Notes: generated by a model from the letters alone, not told the origin. 64,000 nt of DNA from Chrysemys picta bellii (GCF_011386835.1 NC_088810.1:24676001-24740000); one strand, 5' to 3'; counted from the stretch's first letter, positions 1 to 11,870 are shown. Translations and numbers: made by a program.

Positions 1-236
1 CCACCCCGGGCTCCTCCCTCCCGTCCTGAACTGCGTCACGCCACCAAGGCCTCCCCTGGCCTGGATCGCCGCGAACCGAGCCACCCCCAGCTCCCCCCTA
101 GGCTGGTCCCGGTTCTGGATGCCCGGACCCGGCTCCCCCGTCCGGTCGGGTCCGGATTCCCCCCGGCCCAGTCCCAGCTCCTCCGGCCCGGTCCCTGTTC
201 TGGAGCCCCAGCCCCGGATCCCCCCAGGCCCTGCTT

Positions 237-342
237 CCCGCTCCCCCCGGCCCGGTCTCGGTCCGGTCCCCGCTCCCCCCAGTCCGGTGTCCGGTCCCCG
301 CTCCCCCCGGCCCGGTCCGGTGTCCGGTCCCCGCTCCCCCCG
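237..342. repeat. GC-rich minisatellite (~29-34 bp unit, ccggtccccgctcccccc...) at the start of PMVK intron 1
   Basis: 3-4 imperfect copies of ccggtccccgctcccccc directly beside the exon-1 donor. Confidence 0.75.
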
Positions 343-346
343 GTAC

Positions 347-432
347 CGGTTCTGTATTTCCTCCGCCACGAAGTCTTTGCCCGACTTCCTCTTGCCGCTC
401 AGCAGCAGCACCAGCCGCGGCAGCCCGGCCAT
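347..432 (-). CDS. PMVK: Phosphomevalonate kinase, first coding exon (rest of gene lies left of the window)
   Basis: ATG at 432-430 gives MAGLPRLVLLLSGKRKSGKDFVAEEIQN(R), matching the PMVK N-terminus with P-loop GKRKSGKD. Phase-2 GT donor at 346-345. PMVK neighbours PBXIP1 in human. Not in the ORF track. Confidence 0.95.
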
Positions 433-620
433 GGGGCTACTGACACCCCCGCACGCCCCGCGCACGTGGGCCCGCCCGGGACAGACCATCCGGGCCGGGG
501 GGGGTCCGACGACCTGGCTCCCCTGCGCGGATTCGAGCAGCCGGAAGGCCCGCCCCCTCGGGTCCGACATGGTACAGTCCGTATTCACTTTGCCGCCCAC
601 GTGGTGAAACCCGCTTCCCC
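433..620 (-). promoter_or_regulatory. PMVK CpG-rich promoter/5'UTR region
   Basis: CpG-dense sequence upstream of the ATG, CACGTG at ~473 and ~598, GC-box-like motifs. SREBP control is inferred from the mevalonate pathway, not shown. Confidence 0.45.
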
Positions 621-924
621 CCCTCTGCTTGACATGGGCCGGCCCATCCTAAGCGCTGCTGCCCACAGGGGGAGCGCTACCACTGCACGCAAGAGGGGGG
701 ACAGTGCATCCCGGAAAGGGGTGGAGTCAGGCGTGATGAGGGAGGAGCCTCCATAGCTCCCCCCCCCCCCCCACACACACGGGTGTGAGGCGGAACTGGG
801 GGCTTGGCGTCCCCTCGTGTTACGTCCATTCCCCCAGCCAGTCCCACCCACACCTGGCGGGGGTGGGCAGAGCCGAGACTAGCCCCCCCCCCCGCAGCTC
901 ACTCCATTGGAAACAGACCCCCTC

Positions 925-1063
925 CCCCAACACGGCTCTCCCCCCCTGAGCCCCGCCCCCCAACACAGCACCCCCTCCTGAGCCCCGCCCCCCCGGAACA
1001 GCACCCCCTCCTGAGCCCCGCCCCCCAACACACCACCCCCTCCTGAGCCCCGCCCCCCACCAG
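925..1063. repeat. 32-33 bp tandem repeat, ~4 copies
   Basis: ctgagccccgcccc recurs at ~946, 978, 1011 and 1043. Confidence 0.85.
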
Positions 1064-2665
1064 AGGCCCCCAGCACCCTAGTGACACTGGGCCAGCACCT
1101 ACTGCCAGGGGAGCGCGCGCCGCTGAGCCCATCACCCCCCGGCTGTGCCCCTCACAAGGGGCTCCAGATTCTCAGCCCCCCGTTACTTTCTCTGATGGTG
1201 CCTGGTCTCCGTAAGGCAGCCCCGGCGTCCCATCCCAATCACCCCCGCCCCGGCGGCCAGCACGTGGGGCAGGCCCACGGTGGGGCTTGCACTGAGCTGC
1301 CCTGTGTCCCCCAGGCCAGGCATCGCTCCCCGAGGCTTGGCTGGGGGCTGAACTCAGAGTCCCCCTGGCTCCTCGCGCTAACGGGTCAGCGTTTCTGACC
1401 GTGGCATTTGGCTAGTTTGCGAGAGCCGGGGCTTGAGGGCGACAGGACAGCACCCCGGGAGACAGAGCGAGGCGTTGCGGGGCTCAGTGTAGGCAGAAAA
1501 CCCCACTCCTCTGAGCCTGCCGGGCAGGTGTCCCCTCCCAGCACAGGCTGCAGGAGTCTGGTCCCCGCACTGCACACTGGCAGGATTACCATCCCCGCTT
1601 CTGGAGTCAGGCTCCCCAACGAGCCTGCGCTGGTGCACAAAGAAGAGCTTTGGAGTTCCTGTGCCTGGCCTGGTTGCTGAGCCGTTAGGGTGCACGGGGG
1701 TCACATCTGGAAGCTTTCTCCACAGCCACGAGGGCTAGAAACGTACTTTTGCTTTACGACGGAAGGCTGAAGCCGTGGGTCTTTCACTGCAGTGCAGCCA
1801 GATGCTAAGGGCCCCTGCCAGGGCTGGGCCATGATGCTCTGGTCCTCCTGTGCCGAGGGCACCGGGGTGGCTGCAGCTCCCTCCCGGTCTCAGTCCCAGC
1901 CTGGCCTAGCTCCAGCTCCGAGGGCAGCGGAGCCATGGGGCAGCTTTTGTCAAGGTGAGATCTGGCCCTCGAGCCCTTTAAAACCAGCCACAGCTGTGGC
2001 GTGTCCAGCTGCAGCCCAGGGCAACCAGCCCGACCCCCACGGCTCCAAAAGCAGCCCCCGCGTGCAGCCCGGAGAGCAGGGGCAGGCGCTGGGGCCACGG
2101 GCTGGGAGCTGATCGAGGGCAGCAGAGACGAGGTTTCCCCACGCTAAGGGCCCCTGGTGGTGAGAAGCTTGACCCCGGGACGTGTCCAGGGAACCCCCAA
2201 CCCCAGGGAGCTGGGAGGAGCTGTCCCTACACCCCAGAGGAGAACAGGGCTGGGGAGCTGGAGCGAAGGGCCCAGCTTACAGGGAGAGGGGGGCCAGGCT
2301 GGACACAGGAATCCCTGGCTGGGTTCTCTGGCCTGGGCTGGACGGTGGGGGGCGGGATGGAAAACCACAATGGGCTCTGCTGGGCTGATGTGGGGCGGGC
2401 TGGCTGGGGGCCCCAGGAGGGGAGGGGCTGGGAATGGCAAAGGAGGCGTCTCACCGGGCGTTGCCTGAGCCAGGACTCTGGCATCATTTGCTGGGCTCCA
2501 TCCCCAGTCCCCCAACGAAACGGGCACCACGGCAGCGCTGCCCAGGGAGCCGGGCGGGCAGGGGGCACGGTGCTGCCGACCCTGGGAAGCTGTCCCCCCC
2601 CCAGCGCCGCACGGAGCCCCGCCCCACTCAACAGTGGCCGGTCTCAGGAGCTTCCCAACAGCGAG

Positions 2666-2671
2666 TTTATT
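2666..2671 (-). terminator. PBXIP1 polyadenylation signal AATAAA
   Basis: tttatt on the + strand, ~710 nt past the PBXIP1 stop codon. Confidence 0.7.
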
Positions 2672-3381
2672 TGTTTCTAGCAAAGTGCAACATCACACGT
2701 GGGGCAGTTAGTGCCGAGGGAGCCTGGGTGGGGAGCAGAGAGGGGGCCCCACATGGCACGCCAGAGGGCGTGGGGGGGATCCCGCATGACTCGGTGCTGG
2801 GGATGGCAGTGGAGTGGGCACGAAGCCAGGCAGCAGCAGGGGAACACCATTACCCACCAGTGGGTGGGTGCACGTGGGAGCCCTGGCCCCATGCCAGGGA
2901 AATCGGGCCCCTTGGCACCTGGAAGGGACAGAGCAGGTGGCAGGGTGGAGGGTGCCGTGGGGAGCCCCATGGCACAGCACCAGGGGGAACTGCAGGCTGT
3001 GGGCAAAGCATTCAGGGCCCCTGCTGTCCCAAGGAAACCCGCCAATGCCCCCTATCCCTTTGTCACGGCTCAGCCCCCCAACTCAGCCATGGGAAGGGCT
3101 CTCTGCCTGACGGCAGGCGCATTGGCATCTCACTGGGGTGTGCCATTTGCAGAGCTGGCATGCTGGGCAGGGGCCGATGGCTGTGGGCTCGGATCGAACT
3201 CTGGCCATACGGATTTAGAGGGAGCATAACCTTCCCCCAGGGGTCGCTCCCTCCCAGCCCCCCTAGCCTGGGACACGGCCCATCAGAACAAGCATTGCGT
3301 CCCTATGGGGCACTGGCCGCTGTCCCCTACAAACTACAGGGCTGGGTGGGGCCCGGCTGGGCTGGCACCGCCTCCCCGGCT

Positions 3382-6300
3382 CTAGCCTTTGTCTGGCGGG
3401 CTGTTCTCCTTCCCACGGTGGCCGTCCCTGTCCCGCGGGGGCCCGTGCCCACGGAGCTCCTTGCTCTGCTGCTTTGCACGGCGCCGCTCTCTCTCCTTCT
3501 TGGTGAAGCTGCAAGTCCAAACGCATGGGGCGGGTTACCGGGGAGGGGCTCGTGGGGAGCAGAAAGGGCAACGCCCCCCCCCACATGCTGGGCAGCCCCG
3601 ACTCCCCTCCCCTGCATGCACAGAGCCACCTCCGCTGCCCCTGCTGCCCGGCCTGACCCCGCTGCAGGCCCCCACATCGAGCACCCCCACCCGCGGACAC
3701 GGCACCCATGCTCTGCTGTGCCTCGGGGGGAGGGGGCGGGCTCACCCTCCCGCCATAGGGGCTGGGGGGGAAGGGGGCGGGCTCACCCTCCCGCCATAGG
3801 GGCTGGGGGGGGAAGGGGGCGGGCTCACCCCTGCCGCCGAAGGGCCTGGGGGGGAGGGGAAGAGGGCAGGCTCACCCGTCCCCGCCGTAGTGCCGCAGCA
3901 CATATTCCTCGAAGTCATCGGCCGCCTCCTCGTCGCCCTGCTCCTGCTCCGCCAGCTCCTCCAGCAGCTCCTCCACGTCCTCCACGAAGTGGCGGAAGCG
4001 CAGGCGGTCGTGGGCGAAGGTGCCGTCGCTGGCGAAGGCGCCGTCCAGCTGGGCCGCCAGCCCCGCGTAGTGCTGCCCCCAGCCCAGCCCGGCCATGTAG
4101 CCCTGCAGCAGCTGCAGGAACTGCCCCTTCTGCACGGGCGCCAGCTCGGCCCCAAATAGCTCCAGCCCCTCCTGGCGGGCGCAGTCGGCCACGCCCGCGC
4201 AGCCCTGGGGCGCCCGGTACCGCTGCAGCCGGGGCGGCTCCCAGAAGACGTTGTGCTCGTGGGACCCGCGGAGCGCCCCCTTCCCGCCGCCCGCCCGCCG
4301 CTGCCCGTTCTGGTCCTTGGCCGGCTTGGTGTCCCGCGGCTCCTGGCGGCTGTGGGGCTCGGGCTGCTCCCGGCGCTTCGGGCGCTTGGCACCATCCTGC
4401 TCCCTGCCCCCCGGGTCCCCGTGCCGGCGCCTACGCTCCTCTCTGGCCTCCGGCCTCTTGTGCCACCCCCCCTCCTTCTTGTCAGCTTTGGGTGGTTCCT
4501 GCCGGGGGGGGCGGGACGGCTCCGTGGCCCCTCGGCCTTCCCCACCGCGCCCCTCGCTGTAGTTCTGTTCCCAGCTCTCCACCCGCTGCAGCTCCTGTGC
4601 CACCCGCTGCTCCACACCGGCCAGCTCCACCCGCAGCTGCTCCATCCCGCCGGAGCCCCGGGCTCGCTGCAGGGCCCCCTCCAGCTCCCGCCACACGGAG
4701 CCCAGCAGCCCACGCTGCTTGGCCAGCTCCTGGTGCAGCAGCTGCTCCTCCTGGGGCCGCGGGGTCTCGGCCGCGCCCTCCCGCTCCAGGCCCTGCAGCT
4801 GCTCCCGCAGCACCTGCAGCTCGGCCTGGGCGGAGCGGTGAGCCTCCGCCGCCTGCTGCAGCGCCTGGTGGAGCCGCACGTTCTCCCCGGCCAGGCTCTG
4901 CTGCTGGGAGCCGGCCGACGCCTTCTCCCCCTCGCTCTTCTGCAGCAGGGCCTGGAGCTCGTCCTTCTGCGCCTGTGGACACCGGGGGGGCGGGGTCAGG
5001 GCAGACGGGTCCAAGCCTGGGGGAGGCAAACAGCCCCCTGGCCGACCTAGGGCACCAGGAAGGGCCAAGTCCCTGCTTGGCCGGGCCCCTTCCCCCAAGG
5101 AGGGAGGGGAGTAACCCCCCCTCCGGTGCCCCCTGCCCTTATCTGCGCTGCCTATTCATTAGGCTTCTCCCACCCAGATACAGCAAAGGGCTCAAGCTGC
5201 GTCCACACGGCCCCCAGCGCAGGCTGGAATTGCCCCGGGAGCGCCGTGGAGCTCAGCCGGGGCAGCGGGTGCTGGCTGGGGGCCGTCCCAGCGCACCGAG
5301 CGGGCGAGCCGGTCACAGACACGGCAAGGGGCGACGTGTGTGCAGGGCGATACGCAGGGCTGGCTCCCGGACCCCACACAGACCTGCTGCGGCTCGCCCC
5401 GGGGCAGCTGAGCGCCCTGGCCACGCTACGAGCTGGCCTTGGCCGAGAGCTACAGCAGACAGGATATGATGCCGCCAGTGCCCCCCTTGGGCTTCCCCAA
5501 GCACCCACCTGCAGCTCCGCCTGCATGAGCCGGATGTCCTGGTTCTCCTTGGCCAGTTTGTCCAGAAGCAAGCTCATGGAGTGCAGGCTCTGGTGGTCCC
5601 CGGCCGGGTCCAGTGGGGGCTGCGGCAGCCAGTCCTGCGAGCGAGGGTAAAATCTCGGCTCCGTGACTGTACAGGGCATGTGAGAGCCAGGATGCCGGGG
5701 TTCCCCTCTCAGCTCTGCCCCAGCCCACCCTGCCTCCCTCTGTGCCTCAGTTTCCCCAGCAGGGTGGGGCCAGCAGGTGGCTGACCGCATTGTGTGGTGC
5801 TGGCGGGATCTCACGTACAGGCCTGAATGCCCGGGAAACAAAGGCAGGGATGTCTGGGGCTGCATTTCCAGGCCCCTGCTCCCCCCAAAGCAAATGCCGG
5901 GGACACCCCCCCTTGTTCGGCAGTGGGGCGCCCAGCTAGTCTCAGGCCTGGAGACCTTCCCCCCCCCCCCACGTACCTTCGCGCCAGCAGCCAGTGGCTG
6001 CGGCTCCCCATCTGGGATGTCCCCGGGATCCATGCTCTCCGTGGGGCCTGGCAGGAAGGGAGGAGAGGAGATTTGAACAGCCGGCTGAGCTGCGTCTCAG
6101 CAGCTCCACACAGGGCGTCGTGGGGGGGTGTCAATGACACTGTTCCCACCCCCCCAGCAGGGAGTCTGGGGGTCGGAGACAGGCGGAGGCCCGGCGAGCG
6201 GCACGGCTGGTTAGTGAGGAGGAGGCCGCCCCGGTACTTACCATCCCCAGGGTCGTAGATGGCACCTGGGGAGAGAAACAGATGGTGAAGGAGACGCCGG

Positions 6301-9300
6301 CGTCAGCCCCATATCCGCCCCCCAGCAGCCGCAGGGCCTCACTCACCGGAGAAGGCCAGGAGCCCGACGCCCAGCAGCGCCAGCACGCCCAGCAGGCACG
6401 AATTCACACTGAGCCCACTCTCCCCGTCACCGGCTGCCTCGGCCCCACGGCGCTCGGCAGGGCCACACGGGGCCCGGTGTGAGTCCCGCAGCTGCCGCCG
6501 GCGTAGACCCTCGGCATCATCCTCGCTGCTGCTCACCTCCTCCGGCGGCTCCCCTGCAGAGCGTGAGGGGAGCCCACTGGGAGCGCCTCATGGAGCCAGG
6601 CCCCGCCCCCAGACACTCAGCCCCACCCCCACTGAGCCAGGCCCTGCCCCCAGACACTCAGCCCCACCCCCACTGAACCAGGCCCCGCCCCCAGACACTC
6701 AGCCCCACCCCCACTGAGCCAGGCCCTGCCCCCAGACACTCAGCCCCACCCCACTGAACCAGGCCCCGCCCCCAGACACTCAGTCCCACCCCCACTGAAC
6801 CAGGCCCCGCCCCCAGACACTCAGTCCCACCCCCACTGAACCAGGCCCCGCCCCCAGACACTCAGACCAGCCCCCACTGACCTAGGCCCTTCCCCCAGAC
6901 ACTCAGACCAGCCCCCATGGAGCAAGGCACCACCCCCAGGCACATTCAGACCAGCCCCCTGCTACGTCAGGCAGCCCCCACCATCGAGCCATGGTTCCCT
7001 CCTGCACCCCCCTTCCCCTGAGACAAGCAACTACTGAGCTGGGCCCCCCCAGCACTCAGACAGGCTCCTCACTGAGCTCTCTGCAGAGGGGTGGGGGCTG
7101 TGCACCTGTGTCTGGGGCTGAGTCCTGCACAGCACCGCTGCGGCCCAACCCTGGAGCCTGTCCCTGGAGCTGCCCAGTGACTCGGGACCCACCTGCTCTG
7201 CCAGTGGGCGCGGAGCCCGGGGTGTTGGTGTCAGAGCCCAGCTCGGGGTCCTCGGAGCCTGGCCCTTCCTGTGTCGGGATCTCTGGCGCCTCGCGGCCCG
7301 GTGCACCAGGCCTGGGGGAGGCTGCTGGGCTCGGGGTCTCCTGGGGACACTCCTCAGAGTCCTGGGGACAGAGCGACGCTGTCAGGATCCATGCTCCGCC
7401 CACCCCCACGTGCTCCCCCTCCCAGGACGCAGCGGGCAGGAGCTCTGCAGAGGAGGGGGCTGTGTGCCCTGGGTGGGCTGGCTCCTTCCCCCCCCCACGA
7501 CCGGGCAGCTTGGGAGCCCAGCTCTAGACTCCGACCCCCCACATCAGGGATTAGTGAATGACCTGTACTGGCCTCGCTACCTAGGCTGCCAAAGCTAACA
7601 CCCCCCTTGCTGGGGGGCGGATCTGAGCCTCTAACGGCTCCCTACAAACCCCGGCTGCAGGGCTATAATTCCACCTGCGTCGGCTGCCGCCCAGTCTCGG
7701 CTGGGTGCAGGGGTCAGGGGAGCGAGCCGGGGTCCCTGCGTGCAGCTGAGGTCCATGTGCCAAGCACTAGTCGCTCATGGATCAGAAGCACTAACTGTGA
7801 CTGACGTCCTATCTCCTTGTGTCTCTCTCCTGTGGGTGCTGGGTCCTTACAGGCCCGGGCAGCGGCGGGGACGCAGGCAGTGGGGCTGGTTGGTCAGTTG
7901 TACTGATTGAGCTCTGAGTCTGTCTAGCTGAACAGAGAGTCGGTTCAGGGGTGACTTGATCCCAGTCTGAGGATCTATCTGGGAACAAATATTTAATCCG
8001 GGGCTCGTCTCTCTAGCAGAGGAAGGTCTAACCGGAGCCAATGGCTGGGAGTTGAAGCTAGACCAATTCAGATTGGAAATCAGGTGTAAATATTTAACTG
8101 TGAGGGGAATTCACCGTTGGAACAACTGACCCAGGGGTGTGCTGGGTTCTCCATCACTGTCAACTTTTAAATGGCGAGTGGCTGGTTTTCTAACACCTCT
8201 GCTCTAGGGATCACTTGGGGACGGGGCTCTGGCGTGGGAATCTGTGACCCGCCCCCAGCAAACATACCTTGAACTCAGCCTCCTCGAGGCCGGGGGACAT
8301 GTTCAGCTGGGAGCCTTCGCTCTTCCTGCCTGGGGACGCGCCGGCTAGGGAGAGACGGCCTCGTTAGCGTCCAGAGGGCAGCAAGCGGGGAGGCCAGTGC
8401 CGGAGGAGGGGGATGGGAGCTAGGGCCCCTCTTGCCCGATGCAGAAGCCCTGATGGGCACCTGAGGAAGCCCCCCCTTCCGTCCCCAGCCAAAAGAGGCC
8501 CAGGGATCCTCCCCCTCAGCCCAAAGGGGGAAGGGGGAGCTGGGAACCCAGCCAGGCGGCCAGAGCAACCCATGGGGCCAGGGATGCGCCTGTGTCAGGC
8601 AGCAAGCGTGGGCGGGGGGGGGGGGGGCAGGGAGATGGAGAGCAAGCCGGGGGCAGACAGCCCTGGGGGCTGGGGAGGCTGGGCAGAATGGGGGGGGGAA
8701 GCCAGGGGCAGACAGCCCGAGGGGCTGGGGGGGCTCATCCCATATCTGCTCCGTTCACGTGCCCGTGTGCACATCCTCGGCGCTGTGCCCCTGGGGGAGG
8801 GCGTGTCGTCCTGGTTCCTCGTCCACTGGAGTCTGGGCGACTGTGCCCAGCTCTGGGCCCACGGTTTCCACGGGCAAACCCTGGAGACACAGAGGGCGCG
8901 TTACACCAGTCACTACCCGCCCTCCCCGCGCTGCCCGGGACAAGGGGCAGCAGAGACGATCCTCAGAGGCTGAAATGAGATCTCCTGAGTGTCAGGCCCC
9001 CACCCCCGCTGCCCCCCAGGACATGTTTGGGGCCCAGACCCCATCTCGCCAGCAAACCCAAAGGGGGGGGACAGTACGACACCCTCACCCAAGGGCAGGC
9101 AGCTCAGACACCCAAGAACCCTGAGCAGGAGGCAGCAGCGGGGCAGGGGTTTGGGGCAGAGGTGGCAAAGGGGGTCGCAGCAGAGGCCAGGGAAAGCCAA
9201 TTCCCCACCCCCGAGGAGCTCTGCACCCTGGGCCAGCGGGAGAAGGAGCAAGAACCGAAGAGACCGGCTTGGCCAGGGCCCCCCCTTGGTACATCCCCAC

Positions 9301-9387
9301 CCTGCAGCCCAGGGCCTCGTGCCGCACCTCGGAGCCTGCGATCACCCAGCTGTTATCCGAGTCCCGCGAGTCCGAGTTCTCGGCCAT
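3382..9387 (-). CDS. PBXIP1: Pre-B-cell leukemia transcription factor-interacting protein 1 (CCPG1 family), 10 coding exons, ~691 aa
   Basis: Exons: 9387-9328, 8880-8763 (GC donor), 8344-8268, 7361-7193, 6553-6347, 6265-6242, 6047-5977, 5634-5509, 4972-3876, 3508-3382. Phases chain to 2076 nt. Recognisable segments: SDNSWVIAGSE, SSSEDDAEGLRRR, TM helix SCLLGVLALLGVGLLAFSG, coiled coil LLLDKLAKENQDIRLMQAELQ, C-terminal CARQEGL...HDRLRFRHFVEDVEELLEELA. Confidence 0.93.
3730..3875 (-). repeat. ~41-43 bp tandem repeat derived from the PBXIP1 penultimate-exon end plus splice donor
   Basis: The minus strand shows four GGGTGAGCC motifs: the true donor at 3875 and three copies at ~3825, 3782 and 3740. 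Confidence 0.8.
6598..6960. repeat. 41-bp minisatellite, ~8 copies, in a PBXIP1 intron
   Basis: agacactcag recurs at 6611, 6652, 6693, 6734, 6774, 6815, 6856 and 6897. Confidence 0.92.
7970..8235 (+). mobile_element. CR1 LINE 3' fragment
   Basis: ggagccaatggctgggagttgaagctagaccaattcagattggaaatcagg...ttctccatcact resembles the end of CR1 ORF2 and 3'UTR. Recognised from memory, not by database search. Confidence 0.7.
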
Positions 9388-10384
9388 TCCTGCTCCGGTC
9401 CCAGGACAGCCCGGATCGCACCTGCAGGGGACCGAGGGGTCAGTGCTGGGGCAGCCGGCAGCGACCCGGGGCCAGGGGAGAGACGCTGCCCAGAGCACAA
9501 GGAACGCCTGACACCCGGGACAGGGACTTTGCACAGCTCCGGGTGCCCAGGCTGAGGTGCTGCCCTGGGTGATTTGACTTGCAAAGGGAAATTTGCAAAT
9601 GAAAACAAAGAGACCTTCAGGCCCCGTTTCCGCGCCGCTTGGCCTCCCAATGGGAGCGGGAACGCCGTGTTCCCACCGCGGCGCCAGACGGGACGGGAGC
9701 CAGGGAGAGACCCCACCCCGCTCTACCGAGCTGGGAATAGAGCCAGGAGCCGGAGCTGCCAACCCCACCTGTCCCCTCTCCCTTGCAGGGGCAGTGGGAG
9801 GGGCCTGGGTTTGGCACCGTTGATAACACAGATACCTGGTCCCCCAGCCAGGCGCGATGTGGGGAGGGCAGGCTCATTCCCCGGGCAGGGCCTGAGGGCT
9901 GGAGATCCAGGGACAGGGGAAGGGGGCAGGGAGGAGCCAGCTGCCTCCCGGGATTCAGCGCATTCCCTGCACGGCTGCCGAGGAGCCCGGCCCACCCGGG
10001 GGCGGGGGGGGGCATTCCCAGCTGGCCCAGGACCTGGCGTATGAGGCCCCAGGCCTCGAATGGCAGCTGGCCGCCCAAAGAAGGGGAGGGTGTCCAGGTG
10101 CCAGGCTGGGACTGGAGCTCCAGGTGCTTCCAGAGAGAGGGGTCACTCCCCATTGCCCGTCTCGGAGCTTCCTGCCCCCGGGGCTCTTGGGATTTCAGCC
10201 GGGAGTTTCCTTCCCACCCGGAGTAGACCTCACTCCAACGGCCCCTGCAGTGATGTCACAAAGCCAACTCCATGACCTCACAATGTTTCCATGACAATAA
10301 GACGAAGTCACACAGTTTTGGTTCACATCAAAGGAAGAACTGGGCTGGACGGGTGCCATTATTGGCTCCCCCTCGGCAAGCAGG

Positions 10385-10530
10385 GCAGTGGGGGGCTGGG
10401 AGCCAGGACTCCTGGGTTCTATTCCTGGCTTTGCTGCCACAGACTCACGGTGTGACCTTGCGGGAGTCCCTTCCCCACCATGTGCCTCGGTTTCCCCATT
10501 AGTACAATGGGGATAAAGATCCTGCCCCTG
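10385..10530 (+). mobile_element. MIR-like CORE-SINE fragment
   Basis: tgtgaccttgcgggagtcccttccccaccatgtgcctcggtttccccatt...aatggggata resembles the MIR core. Confidence 0.6.
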
Positions 10531-11707
10531 TCCTGGGACGGCTGTGAGGTCTGGGCTCTCCCACTCCAGCACCAGCCCAGGGGAGCGCAGGTCCTCTCCA
10601 GCACTCGCTCTCTCAGGGCAGGTCACCGAGCTCTGAGAGAAGCAGGAAGTGCCCCAATGTGAGGAAAGGCAGGAAATGCTGCAGCGAGGTGAGACTGCCG
10701 GAACGGGGTGCTGCCCAAGGGGGCCCACGGCCCAGCCCCCTGGGGTGACACTGAAGAGGGTCTACAGCAGTGGCTCTCAAGCAGGGGTCCGAGGCCCCTG
10801 GGGAGCCGCAAGCAGGTTTCAGGGGGTCCACCAAGCATGGCCAGTGTGGGGCAGAGAGCCAAAGCCCCACCGCATGAGCCCTGCCACCCAGGACTGACGC
10901 CGAAGCTGACCAATGTAGCTTCGTGGGGCCCCTGTGGCAAGGGACCCCAGGCAATTGCCCTGCCCTAATGCCAGCCCTGGCTTTTACATGCAGAAAACCA
11001 GTTCCAGGGGCCCAGGTGGGCCGTGGACAGAGAACGGTTGAGAACCCCAGGTCTACAGGCATGAGCCAACCTTCCTGGAGTGCTGCCCGGGGCGCCCGTC
11101 TCCCCACACCACTGAGCCCCACCGTCCTGTTCCCTGCGCAGCCCCCACCGTGCCCCTGCCTCCCCTCCCCCTCCCGAGCCCCATGCCAATGGCACCAGTT
11201 GCAACATGGGAAAGCGACACTGGGGAGCTATTTTTAGCTGGTTTTAATGCAGTTTAGCAGGTGGAAGCAGAGGCGGGTGCGCGCCGTCTGCCCAGCGGCT
11301 CCATAGGGAAGGGCAGCTCCAACTCAGCACGAGGGGCCCCTGGGCACGGCTTGGGGGGGGGGGGGGCATTCTGTCCCCTCCTCCCCGGGCGCTGCTGGCA
11401 GCGCCTCACAGGAAGGAGTTTATCGGAGCCGTGCGGGTGAGACGCCCTCCCCGGGGAAGCCATGGCACCGGGAGCCGGGGGGCACCGGGAGAGCTCACCC
11501 CGCTGGCCTGCGTGCCGGGGACCCGGTGCCTCAGGGCAGGGCAGGGCTCCCCCAGCCCCTCTCAGGACCACCCTGCAGCCGCCGGTGAAGGCGCCCAACC
11601 CCCCTGGGACCGGCGACACCCCAACATCAGCCCCCCGGGATGGGGGCGCGCCCCGGGCGGGGGGCTGCAGCCGGGCCAGGGTCTCCGGTCCCCGCGGGCT
11701 CACTGAC

Positions 11708-11870
11708 CTGCTCCGGGCTGACGGGGGCGCTGGGCCGGGGGCACCTGGCTCTGTCTCCCGGGGGGGTCCCGGCCCCGGCGCGTCGCAGCAACTTTGTATC
11801 AAACTCCGCCAGCGGCTCGCTACATTCCGGACGGGCGGGATGGCGCACGTGACCCGCGGAGCCAATGGGA
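11708..11870 (-). promoter_or_regulatory. PBXIP1: Putative PBXIP1 promoter and non-coding exon 1
   Basis: CpG island with GTCACGTG E-box (~11845-11852), CCAAT (~11862) and a strong CAG|GTCAGT donor at 11708/11707. The matching acceptor lies at 9422, 34 nt before the ATG. Confidence 0.6.

Noticed and set aside
2434-5469. 1011-aa + strand ORF
   Set aside because: It is the antisense shadow of PBXIP1 exons and 3'UTR in stop-poor GC-rich DNA, with Pro/Ala/Arg low complexity and no recognisable domain.
5152-6033. 293-aa ORF as a single PBXIP1 exon
   Set aside because: It reads through two introns; the real exons are 6047-5977 and 5634-5509, bounded by strong splice sites.
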